This document shows, piece after piece, positions 17,795 to 28,381 of a DNA stretch of 64,000 bases (position 1 is the first letter of the stretch; every line of letters starts with the position of its first letter). The notes beneath the pieces were generated by a model. The model did not search any database. It was not told the DNA's origin and saw only the letters and a program-made list of their open reading frames with translations. The stretch comes from Nitrospinae bacterium CG11_big_fil_rev_8_21_14_0_20_45_15. Its GTDB lineage: Bacteria; Nitrospinota; Nitrospinia; Nitrospinales; VA-1. Position numbers and translations under genes: made by a program. The stretch lies in the NCBI GenBank assembly GCA_002787235.1, contig PCWG01000033.1:62438-126437 (forward strand). The letters run 5' to 3'.

Positions 17795-18682
17795 TTAGGC
17801 TTTGCCTGCCGTTTTTGCCAAGCCTTGTTTCATTTTTACAATCACGCGGTCTTCATATGACAGATCAAATAAAGCCGCATTTTTTTTATCATTTTCCATT
17901 GCGTCGAGAACGACCAGAAATTTTTGTATGCCTTCGGAGAGATGGCCAAGATCGGCGATCAGGTGTAGCTCCGTATCACGAGTGATAAATTGAATGCGTT
18001 TTTCCCCGGTAAATTCAGCGTTGACGATTGGGTTGTTTTTGAAAAAGGGCAATTGATTGAAATAATTCATTGTTTGTAATCCCAGAATCATTTCATCAGT
18101 GGCTATCGAATTCCCCAATTGAGCTTTGACAGAACGGTTGCCGGATACCATAGGCAAATCTTTATAAATTGGAGAATCGGCTTCCAGCAAGACTCCAAAA
18201 TTATCCATCACATAAACTCGGTCTAACTGAATACGCGCAAAAGGTGTTCGTTGTTTGATGTCGAAACGAATGGTATTGGGGAATGCTCTGGCCGCCGAAA
18301 CGCTAAGAGCCCAGGGACGTTCTGCCAATCGATTTGCAATTTCTTTTAGATCCAGAATGAAAATATTTTTCCCTTTGATGGGGCCCACTTGTTTGAGCAG
18401 TTCTGCATCACTGACCTTGTCCAGCCCCTGAAAATGAACGTTCTGAACTGAAAAATAGGGCGATTCCGTCAGGAAAAGATAGCTGTAATATAGAGATCCT
18501 GCAATGACTGCAGTTATCAAAGTTTTCTTAAAGCAACTCTTCAGGAAATGAGTTTTGTTTTTCCACGCAAGGCGGTCATGGCTGGACTGTTTTTCTCCAG
18601 ACTTTTTCACCAGCTTGCGAGGGGTGCTTAATTTTCCCAGAGTCGCTGTCGCGGGATGATTTTCAAACAGGGCAAGGTTCAT
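17795..18682 (-). CDS. ftsQ: Cell division protein FtsQ (POTRA domain)
   Basis: Single TM followed by a POTRA-like region (VQNVHFQGLDKVSDAELL). ATGA overlap with ddl. Synteny. Confidence 0.9.
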   Translation of the reverse strand: MNLALFENHPATATLGKLSTPRKLVKKSGEKQSSHDRLAWKNKTHFLKSCFKKTLITAVIAGSLYYSYLFLTESPYFSVQNVHFQGLDKVSDAELLKQVGPIKGKNIFILDLKEIANRLAERPWALSVSAARAFPNTIRFDIKQRTPFARIQLDRVYVMDNFGVLLEADSPIYKDLPMVSGNRSVKAQLGNSIATDEMILGLQTMNYFNQLPFFKNNPIVNAEFTGEKRIQFITRDTELHLIADLGHLSEGIQKFLVVLDAMENDKKNAALFDLSYEDRVIVKMKQGLAKTAGKA

Positions 18683-19605
18683 TGTATTTGAGCCTCCGGG
18701 TAATCGAGTTGCGCAGTCGTTAAAATTTCCAGTGCCAGTGCGTCGAATTCAATTCCCGCCGCACGCGCGCCCATGGGAAGAAGGCTGGTGGGAGTCATAC
18801 CCGGTATTGTATTCATTTCCAGTACATAAGGAGTGCCGGTCGAATCCAGAATGACGTCGATTCTCGGCAGACCTCTGCCTTGCAGGGCCTGAAAAACTTT
18901 AATGGAAACTTCCTCGCAGGCGGTCTTTTCTTCAGCGGTCAATACTGCCGGGCATATGTATTGAGTATCTCCTGAAGTGTATTTTGCCGAATAATCGTAG
19001 AACTCAGATTTTGGACGAATCTCTACGATAGGTAGAGGTTGCGACTGATTCATGCCAATGGCCAACAGACGGCCTGCTATAAACTGTTCAACCAGCACTT
19101 CATCGGAATATCTGAAAGCGTCTTTCACTGCGTCGTTCCAACCTTCCTCCGATTTGACAATATGAATTCCCAGACTGGAACCTTGCCGGTTGGGTTTGAC
19201 GACGAGGGGGAAGTCCAGCGTTCTTGTAGCAGGGTTTCCCTTGCGTAATATCTGATAGGCCGGTGTAGGGATACCATTGCTGATAAATATTTCTTTTGAT
19301 TTGATCTTATCGTAGGCCAAAGCACTTCCCAATACTCCAGAACCTGTGTAGGGAATTCGGGCGTATTCAAGCAAACCCTGAATAGTGCCGTCTTCCCCAT
19401 ACGTTCCATGAAGAGCCAGAAAAGCCAACTCGATGTTGTTCACTTTCAATTCATTTGCAATGTCGTAACCCACATCCATCTCCTGGACATTGATCCCTTT
19501 TCGTCGTAAAGCCGAGGCCACAGCTTTCCCTGTAATCAGGGAGATCTCCCGTTCAGAGGATAAGCCGCCCATAAGTACCCCTACTTTTTTGTTACTGATA
19601 TCCAT
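18679..19605 (-). CDS. ddl: D-alanine--D-alanine ligase
   Basis: KVGVLMGGLSSEREISL..., ATP-grasp motifs, LEMNTIPGMT. The ATG at 19605 (MDISNKKVG...) is preferred over the listed 19674 start, which adds 23 non-homologous residues. Confidence 0.95.
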   Translation of the reverse strand: MDISNKKVGVLMGGLSSEREISLITGKAVASALRRKGINVQEMDVGYDIANELKVNNIELAFLALHGTYGEDGTIQGLLEYARIPYTGSGVLGSALAYDKIKSKEIFISNGIPTPAYQILRKGNPATRTLDFPLVVKPNRQGSSLGIHIVKSEEGWNDAVKDAFRYSDEVLVEQFIAGRLLAIGMNQSQPLPIVEIRPKSEFYDYSAKYTSGDTQYICPAVLTAEEKTACEEVSIKVFQALQGRGLPRIDVILDSTGTPYVLEMNTIPGMTPTSLLPMGARAAGIEFDALALEILTTAQLDYPEAQIQ

Positions 19606-19741
19606 CAACGAAAAACTCCCGTGCAAATTGAATACAGGTCCGCAACCAGCCTCAGGTCTGCAGGCTGGTGGCAAGGGAGGGGGGCCCTTGTATGCGGACT
19701 TATAATTGAAAAAGGTATCAATACATATTGAGTCGTCATCG

Positions 19742-20665
19742 TTATTCTCCGGCCACTACCAATTCCAGTTCCAGTTCAACCCCTGTTTTTTCCTTTACTT
19801 CTTCCTTGATAAGACGGATCAGCTTTAAAACGTCAGTGGCTTTTGCTCCGCCCTTGTTCACAATAAAATTTGCGTGTTTGATAGACACCCCTGCCGAACC
19901 AATCGTTTTACCTTTGAGTCCTGCAGATTCTATGAGTCTGCCTGCGGTGTCACCTTCTGGATTTTTGAATACCGATCCAGAATTGGGAACTGTCAAAGGT
20001 TGGCGTGAGCTTCGCTTGGCAAGATGCTCGTCCATGGTATTTTGAATCTCCACCGCGTCGCCTTTTTCCAATTCGATTTCGCCTTCGATGAGGAGGCCGT
20101 GACCGGCAGGGAACTGGGTCTTTCTGTAATTGAAGATCAATTGATCCCGCTTCAATTTTTCGATTTCCCCTCGGGTTGTCAGGCGCGTGATTGAGCGCGT
20201 GACCTGACCGATATCAACCCCTTCAGCACCTGCGTTCATCGTCCAGGCACCACCCAGAGAACCAGGAATGCCAACGAGATGTTCGATTCCTGTCAAAGAG
20301 TAACGTGCCGCATACTTAGCGAGATAGGAGAGTTTGACTCCGGCCTGAACCTTGATGACCGCCTTTTCTTTTCCATCGATTGATTTATAGAACAAAGGGC
20401 GACTGACTGTTTTGAATCCCTCTTTGAGCGAAACGACAATGCCGCGAATTCCTGAATCACGTGCCAGAAGATTCGTGCCTTCTCCCAAAAAGAACAGAGG
20501 TGCCGTCCCTTTATTTTTCAGGATGGTTTGCAGGTCTGCAATGTCTTTGGGAAGTATGAAAACATCAGCAGGGCCTCCAATTCGCAAGGACGTGTGATCG
20601 GACATCAACTCGTCGGTTCTCACTTCGCCCTGAATTTTTTGCAGCCACAGATAAGAAGGGTTCAT
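19742..20665 (-). CDS. murB: UDP-N-acetylenolpyruvoylglucosamine reductase
   Basis: HTSLRIGGPADVF, FAD-binding fold, GSVFKNP. Start uncertain. ATG at 20665 gives the usual ~307 aa. The listed ATG at 20797 (351 aa) overlaps murC by 7 nt and cannot be excluded. Confidence 0.93.
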   Translation of the reverse strand: MNPSYLWLQKIQGEVRTDELMSDHTSLRIGGPADVFILPKDIADLQTILKNKGTAPLFFLGEGTNLLARDSGIRGIVVSLKEGFKTVSRPLFYKSIDGKEKAVIKVQAGVKLSYLAKYAARYSLTGIEHLVGIPGSLGGAWTMNAGAEGVDIGQVTRSITRLTTRGEIEKLKRDQLIFNYRKTQFPAGHGLLIEGEIELEKGDAVEIQNTMDEHLAKRSSRQPLTVPNSGSVFKNPEGDTAGRLIESAGLKGKTIGSAGVSIKHANFIVNKGGAKATDVLKLIRLIKEEVKEKTGVELELELVVAGE

Positions 20666-20790
20666 AGTTTTGCTCTGATAAAGTTTGCGTCCCAGAACGA
20701 CTATTTCTGCGCCCAAAGAAGTGGGTCGGGTCACTTTGGATAAAGCTCCGCTGGGGGTCAAATAAATTAATTTTCGTTTCCAAGGTTCGC

Positions 20791-22209
20791 TTAGCATAAG
20801 GACTCTTTCCTGAGACTGGGTTCATCGCCTTTTAAAGGCAGGGTGGGATTGAAATACATTTCGGCCAATTTCCATACGTTGCCTGCGCCCAAGGTAGCTG
20901 TTACCCTTCTTGGAGCCTGGTTTGCTCGTAACAAATCAACGACATTTTCAAAATTATCTATGTACTCAACATTTTTATGACCGTGGCGGCGAATGCCTTC
21001 CATCATGACTTTTGAATTCACCTGAGGGATTTTCTTTTCCCCGGCTGGGTAAATATCCGTGACAATCAAGCGATCGGCATCATTGAATGCCGTCCAGAAA
21101 TCTTCCATCAAAGCCTGTGTTCGGGAATAGCGGTGCGGTTGGAAAACGACCGTCAGCTCTCTATCGGGCCAAACCTCTTTGGCGGCTCGCAAAGTCGCGC
21201 GAATTTCGGCAGGATGATGCCCGTAGTCGTCCATCCAGATGAGTTCATCGGTTTCGCTGATGATTTCAAATCTTCTTTGAACACCCACAAATTTTTTGAG
21301 CGAGTTTGCGATTGTTTGGAAATCGATATTCAACTCCATTCCAACAGCCACTGCCGCCAGCGTGTTGCAGGCATTGTGTCGACCCGCCGCACCCGACTGT
21401 ATCCTGCCAAGTTCACGCCCCTGATAGTAAACGCTGAAATGAGTTTGCATACCGTCTATGACAATGTCTTTGGCAAGGTAATCGGCCTGTCCTGAAAGGC
21501 CATAAGTGATATAGCGTTTTTCAATTCTAGGAATCAGCGATTGAATATTGGGGTCATCCAGACAAAGGATTGCGGCTCCATAAAATGGAATCTTGTTAAT
21601 GAAAGTCAGAAAGGTGTCCTTCATGCGCTCCAGAGTCTTGTAAAATTCCATATGCTCTTCATCCAGCGTAGTCACGACCGCAATCGTGGGCGACAGGTGA
21701 AGGAACGAACCATCGCTTTCATCGGCCTCGGCAACAAGAAACTCACTTTGTCCCAGTTTGGCGTTACCGCCACATTGTTTGAGACGTCCACCCACAACCA
21801 CCGTAGGGTCAAGATTTCCTTCAGCTAAAGCCGCCGCGATAAGCGATGTGGTTGTGGTTTTGCCGTGAGTGCCTGCGACAGCAATTCCGTATTTCATGCG
21901 CATGAGCTCGGCCAGCATTTCAGCCCTTGGAATCACCGGGATCATTCTTTTACGCGCATTCACAGCTTCTGGATTGTCGGCTTTGACCGCACTGGAAACC
22001 ACTACCACTTGTGCGTTACGCACATTTTCAGAATCGTGACCCAAACGAATGCACGCGCCAATATCTCTCAAATGGCGAGTGGCCTGGCTTTCGGCGATAT
22101 CGGAACCCGATACGTCGAAACCTTGATTGATGAGGACTTCAGCGATTCCGCTCATGCCAGAACCTCCAATCCCGATAAAGTGAATGCGTTGGGTTTTACC
22201 TAAAAACAT
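20791..22209 (-). CDS. murC: UDP-N-acetylmuramate--L-alanine ligase
   Basis: IHFIGIGGSGMSGIAEVL, GTHGKTTTTS Mur ligase P-loop. Synteny. Confidence 0.97.
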   Translation of the reverse strand: MFLGKTQRIHFIGIGGSGMSGIAEVLINQGFDVSGSDIAESQATRHLRDIGACIRLGHDSENVRNAQVVVVSSAVKADNPEAVNARKRMIPVIPRAEMLAELMRMKYGIAVAGTHGKTTTTSLIAAALAEGNLDPTVVVGGRLKQCGGNAKLGQSEFLVAEADESDGSFLHLSPTIAVVTTLDEEHMEFYKTLERMKDTFLTFINKIPFYGAAILCLDDPNIQSLIPRIEKRYITYGLSGQADYLAKDIVIDGMQTHFSVYYQGRELGRIQSGAAGRHNACNTLAAVAVGMELNIDFQTIANSLKKFVGVQRRFEIISETDELIWMDDYGHHPAEIRATLRAAKEVWPDRELTVVFQPHRYSRTQALMEDFWTAFNDADRLIVTDIYPAGEKKIPQVNSKVMMEGIRRHGHKNVEYIDNFENVVDLLRANQAPRRVTATLGAGNVWKLAEMYFNPTLPLKGDEPSLRKESLC

Positions 22210-22239
22210 GACAGCTCATTTTTCTTTGATACCTGGTTT

Positions 22240-23349
22240 TTATGCATTTGATTTTTTTGTTTTTTTAATCAATTCCATGCAAATTTCACGAACATTTTTA
22301 GTGGCTTCTCTATTGCCCAGGCGATAACTGTTGGATTCGATTTCTTCGAGATGCCCCGCGTCCGCCATTGCATTTTTAATCGATTGAGCCAGCTTCTCTC
22401 CGCTCAGTTCTGCATCGAGAATCATTTCTGCCGCATTGGCAGATTCCAGAAGACGCGCGTTTTTTTCCTGATGATTGTGCGCGGCATGAGGGAAAGGAAT
22501 CAGGATCGACATTTTTCCACAGGCGGTGATTTCTGCCAGAGTGGTTGCTCCCGCTCTGCAAATGATCAGAGAGGCAGAGCGGTAACAGCTGTCAACATCG
22601 TCAATGAAGGGGCGAACATCGGCACCCGCAAAGCCCTCTGCTGAATAACGCTTTTGGATATCAGCAAAATCTTTTTCTCCGGTTTGATGAATGATATGTA
22701 TTTTTTCTTTTTCATCTCCCAGTTTTCCCAAGGCGGCAATCATCGCTATATTTATGGAGTGCGCTCCCTGACTTCCACCCAGTACCAGAATGCAAAACTT
22801 GTCTGTCCGCCGTTTCGGAGCCAATTCTCTGGGGATGCAAAATTCTTCGCGGATCATATTCCCCGTGGTGACAACTTTATCGGCAGGGAAATGAGAGGAA
22901 GATTCTTTGAACGAAACGGCAACCTTGTCTGCAATTTTCCCTAACCATCGGTTTGTCATCCCCGGTATGGAATTCTGTTCGTGAATAAGGATAGGAATCC
23001 GCAATGCCCAGGCAGAAAGGGCAACCGGACCGGACGCATAACCTCCAACACCCACCACCAGATCAGGACTTTTCTGTAGGAGAAAACAGGTCGATTGCAG
23101 AATTCCCATTGGCAATTTGAACAGAGAAGTCCATCGTTGAATCCCTTTTTTACCCATGATTCCAGAGGTCATGATGGTCTTCAAATCCCATCCCATTTTG
23201 GGAATGACTTTGGACTCCAGTCCCTGTTTGGATCCGACGAATGTGATTTCAATATCCATGTCCAGTTTTTCCAGTTCGTTTGCCAGAGCGATTGCAGGAA
23301 ACAAGTGCCCTCCTGTACCGCCTCCAGCAATGACAACGCGAATATTCAT
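22240..23349 (-). CDS. murG: Undecaprenyldiphospho-muramoylpentapeptide beta-N-acetylglucosaminyltransferase
   Basis: IAGGGTGGHLFPAIALA, GGSQGA. Synteny. Confidence 0.97.
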   Translation of the reverse strand: MNIRVVIAGGGTGGHLFPAIALANELEKLDMDIEITFVGSKQGLESKVIPKMGWDLKTIMTSGIMGKKGIQRWTSLFKLPMGILQSTCFLLQKSPDLVVGVGGYASGPVALSAWALRIPILIHEQNSIPGMTNRWLGKIADKVAVSFKESSSHFPADKVVTTGNMIREEFCIPRELAPKRRTDKFCILVLGGSQGAHSINIAMIAALGKLGDEKEKIHIIHQTGEKDFADIQKRYSAEGFAGADVRPFIDDVDSCYRSASLIICRAGATTLAEITACGKMSILIPFPHAAHNHQEKNARLLESANAAEMILDAELSGEKLAQSIKNAMADAGHLEEIESNSYRLGNREATKNVREICMELIKKTKKSNA

Positions 23350-23360
23350 CTCTTGAATAA

Positions 23361-24473
23361 TTACTTCTTGACCGGATGTTGCGAAATATTCAGCAAAACA
23401 CCCGCACTCATCATCAATACCACCAGCGACGATCCCCCCATGCTAATGAAGGGAAGCGTCAAACCTTTGGTTGGCAAAAGACCGATCGCCACACCCATGT
23501 TGATGAAGGCCTGTATGCCGATCAGTAATGTAATGCCCACGGCAACATGTGCGCCGAAAGGATCTTTTGCATTGAGTGCGGCGGCAAAACCTCTCCATAT
23601 AAAAGTTCCAAATAAAATAACGATGAACACGGCACCGATGAATCCGAGCTCTTCTCCAATGACAGAGAAAATAAAATCGGTGTGAGCTTCAGGCAGATAA
23701 AATAATTTCTGACTGCCATCACCCAGACCCACACCCCAAATTCCGCCGCGCCCAAAAGCGTAAAAAGATTGAATGGCTTGAAACCCGGTATCAGAAGGAT
23801 CTTGCCAGGGATCCAAAAATGCGAAAATACGGCGCATGCGATATTCCGCTCCAGTCACAGCAGAAATCACCAGAGGAATCACAGCCAAAAAGGAGTAAGC
23901 CAGAAAGCGGGTACGAATTCCCGCAATGAAAAGCATGAGCAATGCAACGACGCCGATGATTAAGGCGGTTCCAAAATCGGGTTGAAATAAAATAGGGACA
24001 AAGAAAAATCCCAGAACAATGACATTGGGCAAATACCCGTAGGCAAAATTTTTCAATTGATCGGAACGTTTCACCAGCGACTTTGCAATGAATATGATGA
24101 TGGCGATTTTTGCAATTTCTGACGGTTGAAAATTGGCACCGCCTAGAGTGAGCCATCTCCGCGCTCCTCCTACCTCTTTGCCTAATCCGGGAATCATTAC
24201 GGCGATCAGTAAAAGAAACGCACCAAACAAAATGGGGTATGCAAATTTTTCCAAAAGACGGTAATCCATGGAACGTGTGATTCTCAAGGCAATGAAACCG
24301 ATGAAGACCCAAAGCATTTGGCGTTTGAGAAAATAATAAGGGTCATTGTATTTTTCTCCTGCAACAACCGCGCTGGAGCTGTAAACCATGACCACGCCAA
24401 TAATGATCAGAAGGCCGACGACACAGCCCAGGATCGGATCACTGGTTTGATGACGAGAAGTGGAATCATTCAT
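23361..24473 (-). CDS. ftsW: Peptidoglycan glycosyltransferase FtsW (SEDS family)
   Basis: Ten-TM SEDS profile (QPSEIAKI, PEAHTDFIFS, GLLPTKGLTLPFISMGGSS). ATG at 24473 is preceded by GGAGGAAGAAGAATCCA. The listed start 24638 overlaps murD. Confidence 0.95.
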   Translation of the reverse strand: MNDSTSRHQTSDPILGCVVGLLIIIGVVMVYSSSAVVAGEKYNDPYYFLKRQMLWVFIGFIALRITRSMDYRLLEKFAYPILFGAFLLLIAVMIPGLGKEVGGARRWLTLGGANFQPSEIAKIAIIIFIAKSLVKRSDQLKNFAYGYLPNVIVLGFFFVPILFQPDFGTALIIGVVALLMLFIAGIRTRFLAYSFLAVIPLVISAVTGAEYRMRRIFAFLDPWQDPSDTGFQAIQSFYAFGRGGIWGVGLGDGSQKLFYLPEAHTDFIFSVIGEELGFIGAVFIVILFGTFIWRGFAAALNAKDPFGAHVAVGITLLIGIQAFINMGVAIGLLPTKGLTLPFISMGGSSLVVLMMSAGVLLNISQHPVKK

Positions 24474-24525
24474 TGGATTCTTCTTCCTCCCGCAGTGATG
24501 TGCATTATTGGTTGTGAGTCCATTT

Positions 24526-25860
24526 TCATAGATTGTTAACGAGGGTTTTGAATAGAGACCCGCGTTCCTCATAATTTTTGAACATATCCTGACTCGCACA
24601 AGCAGGTGCGAGTAAAACGGTGTCACCTGCTTTTGCATGGCTCACTGCTATTTTCAAAGCATCCTCAAGGCTGTCGGCTTCTTCGCTGGCAGGGGAACCG
24701 TTGAGAAAATTTCTTATGATTCCCCGAGCTTCTCCAAAAAGAACGAGGTGCCGGACCTTTTGCTTGAGTAACGGGAGCATTGCAGAAAAATCTCCCTGTT
24801 TGTCTCTGCCGCCGAGCATGAGCACGATCGGTTTTTCAATTGCAAGAAGTGACTTGCAGGTAGCACCTACGTTGGTGGCCTTGGAATCGTTTATGAAATC
24901 GATTCCATTGAAAGTGCGCACCCATTCCATACGATGTTCGAGTCCGTTGAAATTGCACAAAGCATCTGCCAGCACGCTGACCGAAATATTCAAGGGTGCT
25001 GTTAAAGCGATTGCGGCAAGTGCATTCTCGACAAGCAAGCGCAAGGGGAACGCGATTTCCTGATGCTTGCAAATGACTTCTTCGCGTCCCTGAAATTTTA
25101 GAATGATCTCACCGTTTCTTAAGTAAGCACCGTCCCCGCCTTCGTGCTGGGCTCCAAAAAATAGTTTTTGAGAACGTTTTCCGCAACTGAGCTTCACTGT
25201 TTCCGGGGCATCCAGATTGGCGACAAAATAATCGGACTCGCTTTGTTGAGTTGCAATGCGTTCTTTCATCGCATGATAGTTTGCCGAGGTTTTATGTCGG
25301 TCGAGATGGTCGGGAGTGATGTTTAAAATTCCGGCTACATACGGTTTGAACGTGGTCACCGTTTCCAATTGGAAACTGGAAATTTCCAGAACGATGAATT
25401 CTGCAGTTCCTTTTTCGATCAGTTCTATAAAGGGAGTGCCTAGATTCCCGCCTACATGAACGGTGCGTCCATCTGCACGAAGAATGTTCCCGACCAGAGT
25501 CGTGACGGTAGATTTCCCGTTGGAGCCTGTGATGGCGATGATCGGCGTTTTGTTGAAACGAAAGGCCAATTCAATTTCACCGATGATTTCTATTCCACGT
25601 TCACGAAATTCATCGAGAAAGGGCGCGTCTACGGGGACACCCGGACTCAATACGATCAAATCTGCATTCTTCCCAGGCGCAGAATTGTCAAATTGAAGTT
25701 CGATCGCCGGATTTAATCCTGCGATCACTTCAGGCAGACTGTGTTCGGGGCGCGCATCAGTGAGTAAAACCTGCGCTCCGCGTGTGACAAGGAAACTTGC
25801 GGTCGCAAGACCAGATTTCCCCATGCCAACAACGCTTATATTTTTCCCGGAAAGATGCAT
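24526..25860 (-). CDS. murD: UDP-N-acetylmuramoylalanine--D-glutamate ligase
   Basis: VVGMGKSGLA, GSNGKSTV. ATG at 25860 (MHLSGKNISVVG) lies just after the mraY stop. The listed start 25959 lies inside mraY. Confidence 0.96.
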   Translation of the reverse strand: MHLSGKNISVVGMGKSGLATASFLVTRGAQVLLTDARPEHSLPEVIAGLNPAIELQFDNSAPGKNADLIVLSPGVPVDAPFLDEFRERGIEIIGEIELAFRFNKTPIIAITGSNGKSTVTTLVGNILRADGRTVHVGGNLGTPFIELIEKGTAEFIVLEISSFQLETVTTFKPYVAGILNITPDHLDRHKTSANYHAMKERIATQQSESDYFVANLDAPETVKLSCGKRSQKLFFGAQHEGGDGAYLRNGEIILKFQGREEVICKHQEIAFPLRLLVENALAAIALTAPLNISVSVLADALCNFNGLEHRMEWVRTFNGIDFINDSKATNVGATCKSLLAIEKPIVLMLGGRDKQGDFSAMLPLLKQKVRHLVLFGEARGIIRNFLNGSPASEEADSLEDALKIAVSHAKAGDTVLLAPACASQDMFKNYEERGSLFKTLVNNL

Positions 25861-25865
25861 TATTT

Positions 25866-26966
25866 TTATCTCAACTTGAGCGTGCTCAAACCAATCATTG
25901 CCAGTACAGCGGCAATGATCCAGAAACGGACGATGACTTTGGGCTCGGCCCAGCCGCATTGTTCAAAGTGATGATGAATCGGTGCCATCTTAAAAAAACG
26001 TTTGCCTTTGCCTTCTCTGCTCTTGGTGTATTTGTAGTAGCCAACCTGAATGATGACGGAGAGTGCTTCGATCACAAAAATCCCACCGACCAGAATGAGG
26101 AGCAGTTCGTGTTTGGAGATGACCGCGATGGTTCCCAAAGCACCACCCAGTGACAGAGAACCCACATCCCCCATGAATATTTGAGCGGGGTAGGCGTTGT
26201 ACCAAAGGAATCCCAGACTGGCACCAACAAGAGCGGAACAGAGGACCGCGAGTTCTCCCGCACCCTTGATATGCTGGATTTGCAGGTACTCCGCGAACTT
26301 AAAGTGACCACAAAGATAAACGATTGCGGTGTATGCCAGTGTTGCAATGATGACGGGGCCAATGGCCAAACCATCCAGCCCATCTGTCAAGTTGACGGCG
26401 TTGGATGTTCCTACGATGATGAAAACAATGAATAGCAAATAAGTCCAACCCAGGTCGGGCTGAAATGATTTAAAAAAGGGAGCTTGCAGTGTGGTTGCGT
26501 ATCCGGTTCGCGTGTCATCGAAGTAGACGATGTAGATACCGATCACGAGGCTAAGAACCACTTGCAGGGCAAATTTGGATTTTACAGACAGTCCTTTACC
26601 ACTTCTCAACTTGATTGTGTCATCGGCTAAGCCAATGCATCCAAATCCGAGGGCTGCAAATAAGGCCAGCCAGATGTATGCATTGGAGAGATCGGACCAC
26701 AGCAGAGTGGACAGCCCGAAAGTGAACAGGATAAACACGCCGCCCATTGTGGGGGTGCCTGATTTGACGTGATGCTGTTCGGGGCCATCGGAACGAATTT
26801 TTTCCCCAATCTGCAATTTTTGCAGAAGAGAAATCATGTATCGGCCCAGAAGCAGACTGAGACCCAAGGCAGTGACACCGGAATAAGCAGAGCGAAACGA
26901 AATGTATTTAAAAACATTGAAAATCGAGAGGTCGCTCGCCAGAGGATAAAAGATATGATAAAGCAT
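25866..26966 (-). CDS. mraY: Phospho-N-acetylmuramoyl-pentapeptide transferase
   Basis: KSGTPTMGG, NAVNLTDGLDGLA, MGDVGSLSLGG. Confidence 0.98.
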   Translation of the reverse strand: MLYHIFYPLASDLSIFNVFKYISFRSAYSGVTALGLSLLLGRYMISLLQKLQIGEKIRSDGPEQHHVKSGTPTMGGVFILFTFGLSTLLWSDLSNAYIWLALFAALGFGCIGLADDTIKLRSGKGLSVKSKFALQVVLSLVIGIYIVYFDDTRTGYATTLQAPFFKSFQPDLGWTYLLFIVFIIVGTSNAVNLTDGLDGLAIGPVIIATLAYTAIVYLCGHFKFAEYLQIQHIKGAGELAVLCSALVGASLGFLWYNAYPAQIFMGDVGSLSLGGALGTIAVISKHELLLILVGGIFVIEALSVIIQVGYYKYTKSREGKGKRFFKMAPIHHHFEQCGWAEPKVIVRFWIIAAVLAMIGLSTLKLR

Positions 26967-26968
26967 GA

Positions 26969-28381
26969 TTAGAGCACGGCCTCCTGAAAATAATTTTCGA
27001 GCACCCGCTCCATCCTTGCCCCGCGAGAACCTTTAACAAGAACGCAGTCTCCCGTCTTCACATGATCCTTTAAAAATGCAGTGACCGCATGGATGTCATT
27101 AAAAGCTGAAACATGATCGATCGGCATCCCTTCTTTCAGCGCGGCTTCGGCTGTGAGGGCGGGGATTGCTCCAACGGTCACTAAAAAATCAATTTTTAAT
27201 CGGGCAATTTCCTTGCCCAGCCTGGAATGTTCTGATCGCGAAAGATCGGACAGCTCAAGCATTTCCCCCATCACGAAAAATTTTCTTCCTGAAGTTTGAA
27301 AACCTTCCAGCGTTTTGATTGCTTCGCGCATGGATTGAGGGTTTGCATTGTAGGCATCGTTGATGAATGCAACGCCATCCCTTTCAAAATATTCCTGTCT
27401 TTGCGGGGGGAGCTGGCATCGTCCCAGACCGGACTTCATTTCTTCCGGTTTCATGCCCAAAGCACTACCGACGGCAAAAGCAGTCAGCGCGTTATAAATG
27501 TTGAAACGGCCCAAGAAGGGCAACTCCACATCCAGTGTTTGCCCTTGCATGTGAAGTTTGAAGTCGTAACCTTGTTTGGCGTGCGGGCGAATATTGTCCG
27601 CCCAAATATCGGCGGGATTGTTGATGCCGATGGTGATTTTTTTTGCCGTCAGATTTTGTGCCAATTCTAAAACCAGCGGATCGTCGGCATTGACAACGGC
27701 AAGATCCTGAGGGCGCAAAGCTTCAAATAATTCCCCTTTCGCGCGTTGAACATTTTTTAAAGTTTTCAACTGTTCGAGATGAGCGGGAGAAATATTGGTG
27801 ATGAGTCCGATGTCAGGCCGGGCGATTTCTGCCAGACGTTTGATTTCACCTTCTGCGCTCATTCCCATTTCCAGTACGGCAATTTCGTGATCTTCTTCCA
27901 ATTCCATCAGGGTCAAAGGCAGGCCAATGTGATTGTTCAGGTTGCCTTGATTTTTTAGAGTTTTGAATTTTTCTCCAACCACGGCGGCGATCATTTCCTT
28001 GGCACTGGATTTGCCATTGGTCCCGGTGACAGCAACAACGCGGATGTTTGAGAGTTCTCTTATTTTTTGAGCCAGCTTTTGCAATGCCGTCAAGGTGTCC
28101 TTGACGCGTATGAAGAAGGTAGAATGGATGCCGCTGGGGCCTGCCGGAAGGGGGGGGATGTCGCAGTCTCCCGACAGGACGATCCCAGCGGCTTTATTCT
28201 TCAATACCTCAGATATAAAATCATGGCCATCAAAACGGTCTCCCCGCAAACAGAAGAACAGGTTGCCCTCTGCCATTGTTCGTGAATTTATGGAGACTCC
28301 ACTAAATCGGATGTTGGGCGTTCCCGACAGCAGTTCGCCATCCATCATTGTTGTGATTTCTCCAGCACTCGCAGAGATCAT
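26969..28381 (-). CDS. murF: UDP-N-acetylmuramoyl-tripeptide--D-alanyl-D-alanine ligase
   Basis: VTGTNGKSS Mur ligase P-loop, DAYNANP. 4-nt overlap with murE. Confidence 0.96.
   Translation of the reverse strand: MISASAGEITTMMDGELLSGTPNIRFSGVSINSRTMAEGNLFFCLRGDRFDGHDFISEVLKNKAAGIVLSGDCDIPPLPAGPSGIHSTFFIRVKDTLTALQKLAQKIRELSNIRVVAVTGTNGKSSAKEMIAAVVGEKFKTLKNQGNLNNHIGLPLTLMELEEDHEIAVLEMGMSAEGEIKRLAEIARPDIGLITNISPAHLEQLKTLKNVQRAKGELFEALRPQDLAVVNADDPLVLELAQNLTAKKITIGINNPADIWADNIRPHAKQGYDFKLHMQGQTLDVELPFLGRFNIYNALTAFAVGSALGMKPEEMKSGLGRCQLPPQRQEYFERDGVAFINDAYNANPQSMREAIKTLEGFQTSGRKFFVMGEMLELSDLSRSEHSRLGKEIARLKIDFLVTVGAIPALTAEAALKEGMPIDHVSAFNDIHAVTAFLKDHVKTGDCVLVKGSRGARMERVLENYFQEAVL

Noticed and set aside
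15689-17798. Long plus-strand ORFs (15689-16021, 15793-16140, 16097-16582, 17115-17798, 17536-17793) opposite ftsZ/ftsA
   Set aside because: These are antisense shadow ORFs of highly conserved genes. Their translations are low-complexity (Ser/Pro/Arg-rich) with no homology and no RBS.
18679-25959. N-terminal extensions of ddl (to 19674), ftsW (to 24638), murD (to 25959) and ccmA (from 37643) as listed in the ORF track
   Set aside because: The extensions overlap upstream genes or add non-homologous residues. Internal ATGs with RBS reproduce the canonical N-termini (MDISNKKVG, MNDSTS, MHLSGKNISVVG, MTLSPSS). The murB start remains genuinely ambiguous.
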